Shown here: one piece after another, positions 49,436 to 62,027 of the stretch | Layout of the letters: each line of letters opens with the position of its first letter | Numbering within the stretch: position 1 is the first letter of the stretch | Assembly (NCBI GenBank): GCA_028534125.1 | Contig: CM052846.1 | Location: 496,001-560,000, forward strand | Length of the DNA stretch: 64,000 bases | Direction of reading: 5' to 3' | From: Lama glama | Lineage: Eukaryota | Position numbers and translations under genes: made by a program | Notes under the pieces: model-generated | Seen by the model: only the letters and a program-made list of their open reading frames with translations | What the model was told of the DNA's origin: nothing | The model's database searches: none

Positions 49436-50724
49436 CAAAAGCAAAACAGCAGCTAAAAAATAAAAACAAACAAGCAGGCAGAAGAACTGCCGGTTCTTTC
49501 TCAGGGACACACGGACCTGCTGCTCTCTCCCGGCTGATCGGGGGCACGGAAGCCGCTCTGGTAAAGCCCCACGGCAGCCGCGGAAGGTGCCCGGGGCTGG
49601 CAGAGATGCCTGGGGACTCCTTAGTCACCGGGGGGCGGTCGGACTGAAGCTTCCAGTCCTCAGACCCCGTGGTTTTTTTCTGGGATGGCAGATTGCAGGG
49701 CACGCGGCGTGTGTGCGGCGTCGAGAAGCAGGCCCCGGCTGACGTCCATGGAAGGGCTCTGGGTTTGTCTCGTCCCGAGGATCCTCACGGGGGGTGGCGG
49801 AATTCCCACAAGCCCTTGAATCCTGGTCCAGGGGGTCCGAGGAGGGTATGAGTTCACGTGTTTTTAAAAAGCGCCCCAGGTCGTCTGCTGCACCCCGTCC
49901 GACCCAGCCCATGCTCCCCTCCGAGGAGAGCCTCCGACCTGTGCAGCTCGCTCTCTCTGGGGAGCGGCTGTCACGAGGAAGGGGAGCTCAAAGCGACACA
50001 CCTCCACGCTGTCACGGCACAGGCGCCCCCGCATACGTGCTCCTGGGAGACCCATCCTTTGCTGTGGGGGGCTCTCCACCTGCAAATCCCCGGGTGCTGC
50101 GGCGGACGAGGTGACGGGGTCCCATCCCTTCACAGCGCCCCGCGCCGAGGACGGGAAGGTGCTCCCCCCTCAGCCCACCTGCGGGCTGGGGTCCGCCTCT
50201 GTGACGAGACACTCACAGGTGCAGAATGTGCATCTGATGGAGGGTCAGCTTTCAGGGCAGCAAATCCTCGCTTCAGTGCGTCCTGTCACGAGCTGTAACT
50301 GTGTCTGAGGACTGGTGACCCCGCTAACCCTCTAACCCTAATTCCTTAGATTAACGTGGGCCGTCCATTCAGACTGTCTTCCCGGACGAACCCTCGACTC
50401 CGATGTCTTGAAAGCTGATAGAAGCCCCGTGCCCTAGAATTTGTCCTGTGGCCCCCACGCTCAGGTTTAGGCCCACCCTCCTCAGACAGGCTCGGGTTCC
50501 CCAGAAGCGGCAGGTGGTGGGGTTCGCCTCCGGCCTGAAGGGGAGAAGCAGACTGCATAGCCGTCCAGAGGGGACTGGGGGCTGGCGAGCCCGGCCGCCG
50601 TGTGGATGCCACACGGTTTCAAAGTTGAGTGGAAGGTTCGGGACATCGTGGCTGGAAAAGCAGTCTCTTCCAGGTTGCCTTCCGTCAGGTGATCACTGAT
50701 GTATTTACTTCCCCGATGAACGAA

Positions 50725-51030
50725 CTTCGCAAATTAACCTCTTGGGTCCTCTGCAATTGTGATTAAGGTTTCAAAAAATCACTTAAGCGTGTGTTTCTGT
50801 CACTCCCGAGTCGGTTCCAGTTGGACGACCAGCTCGCTGTGCTGATCCCACCAAGATAGTGGCAGTCCTGACCTCTGAATTTACAATTAATTATTGCATT
50901 CAGCACCCAAATTACCCCTGGTCTCCACGCGCCCAGCTTTATCTCTCTGCACACACAAGCCTGGCTTTTAATTAAAGGCCCTCCAAATGAAATGAAAACA
51001 AATTCAATTATTACATCTCATTGGAACAGC
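50725..51030. promoter_or_regulatory. homeodomain motif cluster, candidate enhancer
   Basis: TGATTAA at 50760, CACTTAA at 50780, CAATTAATTATTG at 50884, TTTAATTAAA at 50967, CAATTA at 51005, all in a unique AT-rich island. Confidence 0.42.
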
Positions 51031-52810
51031 TCACGGCACATCCTGACGGCATTTGTCCAACGGGCAACCCGGGGAGGGCTCGGCTCCCACACCTGAGTCG
51101 ACGTGCCCAGTAGCGACTTTCCTTATCTTTGCTTGAACAGGCTTCTCGCCGCTGGGTCAGCCCAGCTGCGGTCTGCGCTGTCTCTGAACAGACTGCGGCC
51201 TGACGCTGCTTCTCTCGGCACCGTCTTTTCTAATCTCCACCTCGCTCTCAGTCACTCATCCTGCAGGGAGAGAGAATGGTCTCGTGTTCTGCTCCCTCCA
51301 AGGACAGAAGATAATTGCCCTCTGATCTCTGCAGGTTTGGAGATGCAGCTCAGAGACGCACCTTAAATGCACATCCTTACCCCGAGCTCTGAGGGGCACA
51401 CGGGGGCTGTGTGTGCACCTGGGGCTCCAGGCCGCCCGGAGTCCAGAGGCGTGTGCCCTGGACGGTGCTTGTTGCACGACAGATCACGACGGTAATGACG
51501 GTAATCAGAGTGGGGGTTTCCTGGGGCCCTCATGTCCCAGGCAGTGCAGACGGCAGCAACGAGACGCAGCCCTGCCCAGGGGGCCTGTTCTATTAATAAG
51601 CAAGGCGAGACCCAAGCGGAGGGGACGGTAGGAGTGACCCTGAGGGAGGGCTGGGCGGGGAGGTCAGGTGACTCCCCCTGACGGGGGGCTCAGGTCTCCA
51701 TCTTGCCGGGGCCACGGAGCTAAGGCTGCACTCAGGGCAAGGGTGTCTTTTCGGTAAGAAACTCTCCAGGGAGTGGCGGTAAGAAGTGGGGCCCTGGGCT
51801 GGTGAGGACGAGGATGTCGGGGTGGCGGCAGGACGCTGGGACTTCTCGCCTCTGAGGGGCTGGCGTCATCTGGTCTAGGTGAGGCTCTGGAGTGTTCCGG
51901 ATGTGGGTGCAAAACATGCTGGCGGCCCAGGCGGCCCACGGTGGCGCCCACCTCTGCTCCCACGGGCTCGAGGCCCCGGCCATGCAGAAGAGACAGCTGA
52001 GGGGAGAGGCTGCAGACAGCTCAGGGGTCTGTGTGGAGAAGAGGCCTCCCCAGACCTTGTGGCTCGGGGTGTCTCTGTCCCCACGTTGACCAGATTTGAC
52101 TCGCACCCCGTGTTGTGTGAGACGCAGTCCCCCACTGCTGATGGGAACAGAAGGAAAACACGCAGAGCGTAAGGACGGCCCACCTGCCAGCAGCCCAGGA
52201 GCGGGGAGAGCAGGGCTGGGGAGAGGGGCGTGGGCGCGGGTCTGCGTCAGCCCCCGTCCGCGGCACTCACATGCCCCAGGCCAGCCCGACCCCCGGACGA
52301 GGTGGGTGCCCCCGAGAAGGCCCCGGCCAGCTGGGTCCTGTGCCTCACACAGCAGGCATCCGTGGCCTCTCCCGGGCGTCGGCCACCTGGGAGAGCAGGG
52401 ACCTCGGGGACAGCGCGGGGCGGGCTCTGTCATCTCTTCCACATCCCTGGTGGGACCAGCAGCCTCCAAGGGGCTTGCCCCGAGTGCGCTGCGTGCAGGG
52501 AGGGCTGCAGGAGCCTCCGCGGGGGGGTGAAGCCAGAGAAATGGGGAGCATCTCCGAGGTTTTTGTAATCCGATGGGGGGCTAAAGATACGTGCAGCGGG
52601 ATTCTGAGAAGTCGGGCTCCGTCCTGCCGTGACGGCTTCGGCATCTCTGCGTGCGTACAGTTCACCCCAGCACTGTGCGCCCCTAGTGTTTGTTTACACC
52701 TTCTCGTTCTGCTCTGGGCGGAGCTTTGTCAGAGCGGGGCCTGTGCCTTCGTTTTCGTTTCGTTTTGTTTTTTAATTTTTCATTTTATATCTCCAAAAAT
52801 TAGTGCTGTC

Positions 52811-52835
52811 TCTGGCATCTGGCATCTGGCATCTG
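52811..52835. repeat. (TCTGGCA)3.5 short tandem repeat
   Basis: tctggca tctggca tctggca tctg. Confidence 0.9.
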
Positions 52836-53140
52836 TCTACCTGTGACCTGAGGGAAGTGACGGCGTGGTTCAGGCCCCCGCCGGCCCCGCCACGCTTCGT
52901 GCCTCTGCTTCTCCTGCTGTCGCTGTTCCTGAGCCAGACCGCACCGCCCCCCCCGCCCTCCAGGGCAGCGCGGGGCGAGGAGGCCGCACCGGCACCAGGC
53001 TGCGGGGCGCGGGCGAGTCACCACTCTGGTCTTCCCGCCTGCAGATGGTGGGAGGACCCTGGTTGCTTGCTCTGCAGACTGGGGACAGGGCCTGGCCCAC
53101 GGAGGGCATCACAGAGGAGTTGGCTTTTCTCACTGCTGCA

Positions 53141-53575
53141 TCCTGGGCTGACTCTGTCCTCCAGAAAGGTGCGTCTGTGTCCTGGCTCACAGTGTGCGTG
53201 AACGGGACCATATTTGGAAATAGGGTCTTTGTGTGTGGTGGCTTTAAGATGAGGCCGTACTGGGCTGGGATGGGCCCTGATCCAGTGACCCCTGTCTTTG
53301 TAAGAAGAGGGACCCTGGGACTCAGAGACGTGCGTAGAGGGAAGATACAAGGACCAGACTGACACGGGTCAACCACGTGAAGACGGAGGCAGAGATGCGA
53401 GGGACGGGTCTACAAGCCAGAGAACAGCCAGGATGCCCCTCCCGTCAGATGCGGGGAGAGCGGCGGGGAGCAGGGGCCCTCAGCCCTGCCCGCAAGCAGG
53501 TTCCGAGCTGCCTCCAGACCCAGGAGGGAGGGAATGTCTGCTGCCGTAAGACACCCAGTTGCGGGTAACTTACAG
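53141..53575 (+). mobile_element. MLT1C-like MaLR solo LTR
   Basis: gaccatatttggaaatagggtctttg...ttaagatgagg...ccacgtgaagacggaggcagagat...tctacaagcca...taagacacccagtt. Confidence 0.85.
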
Positions 53576-56249
53576 AATGGCTAAGCTTTATTTTCTGTAA
53601 GCCACCCAACACAGCACCTGGTGGAACGCTGGGAGGTGGAAGAGTCTGGCCAACCAGTCCTCGTTGGAATGAATGGAATGAGCCGAAGGGAGGTGACGGT
53701 GAGTCCAGGGTTATAGACGCTGTTAGCGGCAGCAGAGCGCCCAGCTCGTTCTGGGCACTACCTACAAATAAAGGCGCGTGTGTGTCCAACTCAGCTGGTT
53801 ATTGGTGTGATTACATCACATGCAAATGGTAAGAATGGAGGAAAGGAGGTTGCCGTGGGAGGGCGGGGCCCTGTGGGGACCAGTCCTCGGTTTACTGTGT
53901 CCAGTCTGCCTGCTGCAGGTTCTGGTCCCTTTCTGCAGCCTGAGGAGCTCCTTGAATGATGACCAGTAACTCCGAGTAGAAAAAACTTAAGACAAATCAA
54001 GGTAGTGAGTATGTGTAGGATTACGTTGGTCTTGAACAGGATGTCATTCGTAAACTTTTTCGGGCGGCTCATTGGGTACCTGGCCCTGTGCTAGACACAG
54101 ACTGAGAGCAATGGTTGCTGGTTTCTGAAGCCGCCACCCGGGGCCGGGCCGCGACCCTGTGACCGAGTTGGCGCGTCCAGGGGCTGAGTTAGGTCAGGCC
54201 ATTTCATAGGTGGTGAAACATGCTTAGCGCGGTTTGGACGCTGGCCCAAGGTCGCCCAGTGAGCGGTCGAGACCCAGTCGTGTGCCTGGTGATCTGACCC
54301 CTGAGCTCTCCGTCCACTGCACAAAAGTTAGCCGCCTGCTGTCCTGCCAGAGCTCCGAGTGTAGCAGTGAAGACACGGGGTCGTGGAAGGAGCGTGACTG
54401 CGGACGCGGGCGGAGACTCTCACCCACGGTGTCCCTGGAGTCCAGCTGCGTGGCAGTTTGGGCCGAGCAGAGGGGCGAGCCATCACCAGTGGCCGATCGG
54501 CCACTAGAAATCCTACCCTGGTGTGGCCTCGGGTGTCAGCCTCCGCGAGGGCTGTGTGGTCCAGTGTCCGCAGACGCCTGCTGGGCGCACTCCGTGAGGC
54601 CGGGCTTCTCGGCAGTTTCCAGTAAAGACGGGGTTGGCGGCGTCAGCACCCCCAGCTCACCCCAGGCTCCGGCCGCTTTCTCGCTGGGTCTCGCTGCCTT
54701 GTTAGGAACTCCGGGCAAGGCCTGATTTTAATGGGAAATGGGAAAATGCCCCGTGTCCTTGTGAGGAGATGGCCATCCAGGCTGAGACCGTGCGCTCCGG
54801 AGGAGACGGGTGGTCCACCCGGCGAGGCTGCCGTCCTGCCCCAGCTTGGTGCTCGGATGCGAAGAGCCTCACGCTGCGCTGTTTCTGGGACCCTCTTCCG
54901 TCTTCACGGAGTCTCTCCTTCGACGTGCCGGCTGCCCAGGTGGCTGGGCGGCTGACCGTCAGCGCCGGCTCTGTCACAGACACTGCTCCCCGCTCGGCTA
55001 CTGCCGCCCGGAGACCTTCCTGATGCGGGCATCGCTTTTGGCCGCGGACGTCCCGGTGGCCTTGCCCGGGGACTTGCCTTTGCAAGTCTCCCACTCAGCC
55101 ATTTCCCACTCACCCGAGGCTTGAAGGAGGACGCAGGTGTCCGAAAGAGAGTGGCTGTTTTAGTAGGGAGCTGGTGCTAAGGAGGTCGTGAGAGGGGTCA
55201 GCCCGGGGGAAACTCGCGTCCTCCCAGCTGCTCTCGAGGGTTTTGTGTTTTGCTTTGTTTTGTATTTGTTGGTGGTCTGTTATGTTCAGGTGGATCCTCC
55301 AAGCCTCGGTCGTAGTAAAACCCGTCCCGTCAGAACTCAGCTTGCACAGAGTCACTGTTGTCTGCGGTGATCTCAGCACAGCATCCAGAAACAATGACCC
55401 GGCCTGGGGCCCGCTGCGCCGGGGGAGGCTCCGTGACCCTGGGCCGAATGCAGACTCTGCGCGTCTCCACTGTAAAGCGAGGGGAATCAACCGAGAGGAG
55501 TTCATGTCACAGGGTTTTCGGAAAAGTCAAATGAGACGATGTGCATTGTAGAACGCTGTACGGAGCGCAGTTGTTCTCACAGAACATGCACGTGGATTCT
55601 CTGCCCTTTTGAATTACTCGTTTCCTGTTCCTCTCCAGTGGCCTGAACCACCGGGCGTTTGACTTTTACCTCCCTGCCTTGGAGCGCTTTGCGCTCGCAC
55701 CTCAACTGCTTCGTTGTATTTTCACACCGCGTCTCTCTCACCCAAACGCGCGGGGTGTGGCTGAGTGTGTGTGAAATGCGCCGGGCTCTGCCGTCTAGGC
55801 CTCTGGGTTTTTATTTTTTGGTTCCCTTTCTGATACGAACTTGGGGACATTTTTAAGGGTGGGTGTTTGGATGATTACTCATCAGAGCGGGTCGACTTAG
55901 GGAATTGCCTTTCCTCCAGATGCGGAGCGTTTGTGGCAGGGAGGCAGTCGGGTGCTGGCGGGAGCGCCGCCCTGTCCCGTGGCCACGGCCGCTTTTCCTC
56001 GGAATCCCCCGCGCTTGCAGACCCCGTCAGGCAGCCGTCTCGGGATCTCACCGCCTCACAGGCCTGACTTGCGTTCTGGTGAAACCGGCTTTGTGAGCGG
56101 GGCGGTGGCGGGGTCCAGAGGCCACGCGCGGCGCTCGGGGAAGAGCTTTGTGCTGAGAATCAGAGGCCGCCCCTCGCGGGGTCCACTGCCTTGAGCACAT
56201 CACTGCCTTTTACAGATTCCCCAGCTCCCTCAAATTGTGCTTTGCTTGT

Positions 56250-56372
56250 ACGTAATTGTGTTGCTGTGCTAAGACAGACATGACGTGCAATGTACTGCCT
56301 TAACCATTTCCAGTGCATTTCAGTGGCGTTAAGTACATCCTCGTTGTGCGGCCATCGCCACCAGCCATCTGC
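56250..56372 (-). mobile_element. L1MB-type 3' terminus fragment
   Basis: cttaaccatttccagtgcatttcagtggcgttaagtacatcctcgttgtgcggccatcgccaccagccatct. Confidence 0.75.
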
Positions 56373-57364
56373 TGAATTGCAAAGGGTTGCTTTTAGAGTA
56401 AAACAAAACCACTTCTGGAAAAGCCCTTAGAAGACCGCTAAGCAAAACAAATAAAATGCAAGCACCGGGACTCCTTTTGCCCGGTGGGTCAGCAGAGGGG
56501 AGAAGTGAACTTAAAGGGCTGCTTAACTTCCCTCTGGGTCGAGGAGGCCAGTCAGCTGTGACCCTGGAGGACTCAGATGAGTGGAGATGCCCCGTGGTCG
56601 GGGTCGTGTGGACACAGTTTACGGCCAAGGAGGAGCCATGGGCCACCTGTACACACGTCACGTCCAACCTGGACTTCCGACACATGTGCAGCCGTCACTT
56701 CTTCTCTTGAGTCTGAATTAGAACATGTCACTTCCGCCTGCTGGGCCCTGGGAACGTGGGGGTCAGGTACGCGGAGCCCACGGTGCCAGGGCAGAGGTGT
56801 ATGAGCAGCACAGGGAGAACTCTGCCAAGTGCAGAGTTCCTACGTTCTCGCAGATGGTGGGCCCTTCTAACTTTGTCCAAGCCAGCTCTTTCGCCCTAAA
56901 CTCACGGGAAGGTTTTCCCAGCCTGCCAGGTGCAGCGTGGGGAGACCTGTGCATTCATGAGTAGATAAATGCATAAAAGCATTTCTTCATTCAATGATGT
57001 ATACACTTCCCTAATTGGGTTAAGTTTAGGAAACTGGATTAAAGAGAAGACAAGTCTAGAAATTACATACTGCTTCAGGGAGGCGGAATCCAGCGGCGTG
57101 GCTCCCTGTCTGGGGCGCTCTGCCTGGGTTATCGTGGGAGCTGCTGTTCTCTTGCGGAAATTAAATTTGCAAACAGAACAGGACTAATGGCCACTTGCGT
57201 CCGGCCGCCTTGTCTTTGCTCTTCCGAATGAGTAGCAGGGAGGAGTGGTGCGCGTCGGCGGCGTCCGCTGGGCTCCCGCTGTCCTGAGGGCATATCCCCG
57301 GGCGGGCTGATGCCAGGTGCACTGTGGGAGGAGGAGGTGTGGATGACGGTGGTGATGAAGGTGA

Positions 57365-57570
57365 CAGCTGGCATTATTAAGAGCCTCCTGTGCACACCCC
57401 ACTTTGCTAAACATGTTAACTGTTTGTGGTTTTTTTGCCATTTCATTACTGAGTTAACTGAAGCTTAAAGAGTTTAAGGAAAATGCCCGAGGTCTTAGAA
57501 CCCATCTGGGGAAGAGTGGGCTCAGAGCCAGGCCCGTCCTCCTCCTCAGCCCCAGGACCACCATGTGCTC
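57365..57570 (-). mobile_element. MIR SINE (decayed)
   Basis: aactgaagcttaaagagtttaaggaaaatgcccgaggtc resembles the MIR core. Confidence 0.55.
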
Positions 57571-57782
57571 TCAGTGGAGGTTTCACAAGGTTAGAGAACA
57601 GAGCACGTTCCCTTTGGACCTCTTCTCCTTTATATTATGGTTCCCTTTCCTAAACCTCTTTCTAGTAGGAGGGGTAAAAAAGCAAATCTGAAATCATTTC
57701 AGATAGCAAAGGAAAGCAAAGAATGATGTAACAAACGCCAAGATACCCACTGAAGCGTGTTTCTTTCTTATGCACCAGCACA

Positions 57783-57871
57783 GGTGCACCCTGCCCGCGG
57801 GTACACCCCTGCCCCCAGGTGCATCCCTGCCCCCGGGTGCATCCTGCCCCCAGGTGCATCCTGCCCCCAGG
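57783..57871. repeat. GC-rich minisatellite, 5 units of 17-18 bp
   Basis: ggtgcaccctgcccgcg / ggtacacccctgccccca / ggtgcatccctgcccccg / ggtgcatcctgccccca / ggtgcatcctgccccca. Confidence 0.92.
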
Positions 57872-58390
57872 GTGGTGCATATAATGCATGTGGGGTTTCT
57901 TTGCTGGAGAGAGGTTGCTTTTTGGCAGCAGGAATTCAGTTAGCTTAAGTTAGCAGAACTTAAGCCCTATATTCTTTGGAAATTTTTGGAACAGGAATTC
58001 CCAAGTCACATAGGGGAGTCGTGCAGATAGAAACTTAGATTTGGTGAAGATGCGACCACAGTGGGGAGATGAGAAGGAATTGGTCAGAGTCTGTATTTCA
58101 CGTAGTTGGAAGTGGAGGGAAGGGACCTGGATGGAGAAACATCAGGTGAGTGAGGTCTGAAGAAAGGTTTATACTGGGGTCCCTGTATATGTGTCCCAGA
58201 ATGTGACAACAAAGACGCTTTAATTGTTTAAAACTTGATTTTGAACGGTGCATCTGATCTGTTTGCATCTCTTTAGATGGTTTTATTTCAGAGATGTTCA
58301 TAGTCGTGTCCGTCCCCTCAGATAGAAAGAAGGACCATGATTAGAAAATCGCCCTGTGTCTCTTCCTGGAGGAACAGAGAGGGAGCATCT

Positions 58391-58480
58391 CATTCATTCA
58401 ACGATTATTAAGTGAGTCCCTGCCGTGGACCAGGCACGGTAACAGGCATAGGGAGTCAGGAGGACAGGTGCTCTCACTGC
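58391..58480 (-). mobile_element. L2 3' terminus
   Basis: cattcattcaac...gtgag...ccaggcacggt matches the antisense L2 tail. Confidence 0.6.
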
Positions 58481-59924
58481 CCTGACCAGTGTGCCGTCCA
58501 GTGATTCTTTGAGAGATCGTCCTGTCGTAAGCCAGGCAAGAGATGGTTCACGTGGACCTGATGAGGGCGCTCCTTTCGGAAAAGGCCACACTGGACAGCA
58601 CCAGGGCAGCCGGGAGTCTCCATCCAAGGTGGAGATCAGAGACAAAGCTTGGGAATGCTGGTCAAATAATCCTGCTTGCCATGAGGGAGGTCTGGGTTCT
58701 ATGCCAACAGGAGCGGTCTTGGTAGGGGTCCGTGTCCCAGGCTGGCCCCCTGTCGGCAGGCCTGCCTCCCTTTGTTTCAGAGGCAGTGGAGGGGTCTCGT
58801 TGTAAACAGGCTTCTGCGTAAGCTTGTCCTCGGCAGCAGAGGGGACGGGGTTCAGTGTAGGCCTGGGTCGGTTCACATCCATCGTGACCACTGGAAAGGC
58901 ACCTCAGAAAACACGCCATTCTGATGATGGGCAAACCGCTCGTCTCCCGGGAGGAGATGCCTCCCCACCCCAGGAGTTAATGCGATGTCCTCCGTTTCTG
59001 TGCGAATCAGTATGAGACCTGACGATCGAACCCCATTTTTCTACCACTTATAAAAATGCGGTGGAAGGTGTTTTTTCACCGTGTCACTCAAAGTCTTTCT
59101 TGTAAATCCTGTAAATTGCAGCTCCACACTCTCTCTCGCAGTAAACTTCTGTTTAAGTTGAGTTCCAGGGAAAATGCTGCCTTGATGGATGAATCTATGT
59201 GCGTTCTGTTTTTAGAGAGCCAGCAACATAAACCAGCGTCCACTGGCCAAACTCAGAGCCGGCTGTGTCACCCGCGTGTCACCTGCTCAGCCCGGGTGCC
59301 TGGGCCCTCCCTCCGACTGCCTCCAGGGGGTCTCTGTCCCGACTCAGCCCCCAGGGACCTGCTCCGCCTGGCGGGGCACCTGAAGTCCACTCAGTCGGTG
59401 AAGATCTGAAAGCCAGGGTGGTTTTTGTGTGTTTCCCTGTATGTTTTTCTCCTCTCTGTCGGGAGGACAGCATAGAGCCGAGTAAAACCAGACCTTCCTG
59501 CGTGACTGGGAGGTGAGGTGATGCCTTTCTGGGTCTTGAGGATAAAAGTTACAGGAAATAGAACATTGTTTGAACGTTGGTGACTCAGTCTCTCTAGACG
59601 AGGTGCTGAAGGGGCACACGGAGGAAGGAAGAGACTTGGGAACGTTCACCACTGTCTGACAGCAAGCGTGGGTCACACAGCTCCTCACCACCGAGAGGAT
59701 ACCCCAGAAGCACGTCTCTGAACCCACGGGTGGGCGGCCCCGCTCTGCTCGCTGCTGCGGGGTCAGGACGAGCCACACAGGTCTCATAGTCAAGACCTGA
59801 TAGTCCAGGAAGGCGTGAAGACCACCATCACACTCCTGCGTCAGGGCGGAGTGGGCGCTCCTCAGGAGGGGCAGGGAAGGAGGTCAGTCCTGACCCAGAG
59901 GGGCAGGCGGCCTCTTCCTCTCGT

Positions 59925-60030
59925 TGTTGGGAAATCAGGAAAGGCTTCCTGGAGGAGGCGGCAGGTTGAGGACACAGAGGGGAAGGAGAGCAGGTGCGGA
60001 GAGTGGTTCAAGGACGGCGGAGGCCCGGTT
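59925..60030 (-). mobile_element. L2 fragment
   Basis: gggaaatcaggaaaggcttcctggaggaggcggca. Confidence 0.5.
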
Positions 60031-61559
60031 GTCTGGTGGGCGCCTCCAGGGCGCAGAGCAGGAGGAACGCGGGTCAGGGAGGGCGGCACCGCACCGCTGG
60101 GCGAGTTTGTGCTTGACGTGATCAGAGGGGAGCTGGTGCGGGTTCGGGGGCTGGAGCGGGACAGGAAGGCTGAGTTGAGCCTCGGGGTGGAGAAATGCCA
60201 GCAGCGGGGAGCCCGGGGAGCGCTGGTCACAGGGACAGAGGACAGACACTACCCTCAGCCAGGCTTGTTCTTGGCGACGGGAAGAGAGGAATGCAGGAGG
60301 AGGGAGGGCCGCCGACTTGATCTGACAGCTGCTGGCGTGGGGCAGCGTGCAGCCCGGTGCGGTGCCGCCTGGGAGGGGTGACGGGGGCCAGGGGCAGAAG
60401 GGGCCCGGGGGGCTCCGACGGGGGGCAGCACATGTGGCAGACGAGGGGCCTGCGGGAGTTGTCCCAAAGAGAGAACACGCTGTGGCGGGGGGAGACAGGA
60501 GAAAGGCGGGGGGAGCCAGGGCTCCCTGCTTCTCAGTACCCGGCAGCCCCGGCAGGGGTGAAGCAGGGTAGGCGGAGGGGCTTCTCCTGCCGGTGGCACA
60601 GGGTCTTGGAGGCTCCGGAGCCCGATGTCAGGGAGAGTCGGCCAGAGCTGCGGCCGCCACGTCTCCGTTGAACCGGGAGGGGACAGCCCTCCAGGGACGG
60701 GGCTGCTCCTGGAGTGAGCTTGGTATCCTGGCCAAAGTGCACAGTCTGGGGAGCGTGGAGGACGTCCGCAGGGGGCTTTTGGGAGGCTGCCCCCAGCCCA
60801 CGGAGGGCACTGGTGGCAACAGCAGCTACAGCGACCGGGCTGAGGCTGACCTGACCTACTGTGCGCCGCGCGCTACACCCTTCACCCCCAGGACTGTTGC
60901 GGCAGCAATGCCTGCTGGGGGGACCGCCCGAGGCACGTGCTGCAGGCCCGAGAGGTGAGGCTTGCGTGGGCTTCTCGGGGCGGGCAGCTGCTGAAACTGG
61001 CCCGGGGCCGCCAGGCGCTGCCTGGGTGAGCGGCCAGCCCATTACCGGGTGGCTGCGCCCTGTGAGTCATCTCAAAGGCTGCGTTCGCGGGCCTGAAGCT
61101 CCGCTCCTCAGGGAAGCAAAGGCTTAGGTTCCTGTGAGCCTCTGGGCACATCTTTGCCACCGACCAGTGCACAGACTTGCCTCACGCGCCTGTCTGTTTA
61201 GAGCCAGCGTGTTCCTCTGTCCTGTCCACCGTGAACAGAGCGCTCGCGGCCAGCAGCACTGGGACTCGGCCTGGACGACGCTCATCTACCATGCGTGTTT
61301 CCACGCGAGGCGTGCACAGCTGTCCTGCCCTCGGGGCGGGGGGCAGCCGATCAGCCCTGCACGGGGCAGGGGGGTTTTAAACAGCGAAACCACCAACAAA
61401 AAGCCAAAGCTATGATACTTCAATTAAAAGAATTTTTTTAAAAAGGTAAAATCCGAGGCAGTGGGTAGACCTCAGGAAGGATGCAGAAATTCACGTTCAC
61501 GCGGCCACTCGCGGTTGTTGGTCAGCTGCAGAGCGTCGCGGCGCAGGCTGACGTCTCTC

Positions 61560-61760
61560 AGCTCACCCGGGTTCTGACCCGTAACCCACCGTGTGATCTC
61601 ACGTAACTGCCTTAGTCTGTTCAACTTTCGGTTCCTTCATCTGGGAGATGAGGGTGAGAGCTGCCTACTTGGGATTTTTGTGACGATTAAATGTATTCAT
61701 TCACGTAAAGTGCTTGGCGTGGTGTCTGCTGCTTGGTAAACACTCGGTAAGCATTAGCTT
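61560..61760 (+). mobile_element. MIR SINE
   Basis: tcggttccttcatctgggagatgagg...ttgtgacgattaaatg...acgtaaagtgctt...ggtaaacactc. Confidence 0.8.
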
Positions 61761-61764
61761 TTAG

Positions 61765-61829
61765 GGTTTTTTTAAAAATTTTTATTTATTTTTTGTTTTC
61801 CTAATTGAAGTATAGTCAGTTTACAATTA
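61765..61829 (-). mobile_element. very short L1 3' terminus
   Basis: T-rich tail followed by taattgaagtatagtcagtttacaat. Confidence 0.7.
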
Positions 61830-62027
61830 GAATTTTATATGTAATTTAAAAATTAGCCTCTCGTTTTTTTCCTCATACAATCTAATCACCAAGAATGGAC
61901 CTTGGAGTCGGATCACCTCGTCCCCTGTCTTCTGCTGTCTCTGTCTGAGTAACTTCGGGCAAATCGCTGATACTTTGAACCTCAGCTGCATGATCTGTTA
62001 AAGAGCAGAAGAGTCTACGTTTCAGAC

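Noticed and set aside
50324-50341. Interstitial telomeric repeat (CTAACC)
   Set aside because: Only two to three imperfect units, which is too short to support.
57783-57871. CRISPR-like array
   Set aside because: Head-to-tail repeats with no spacers, in a mammalian context.
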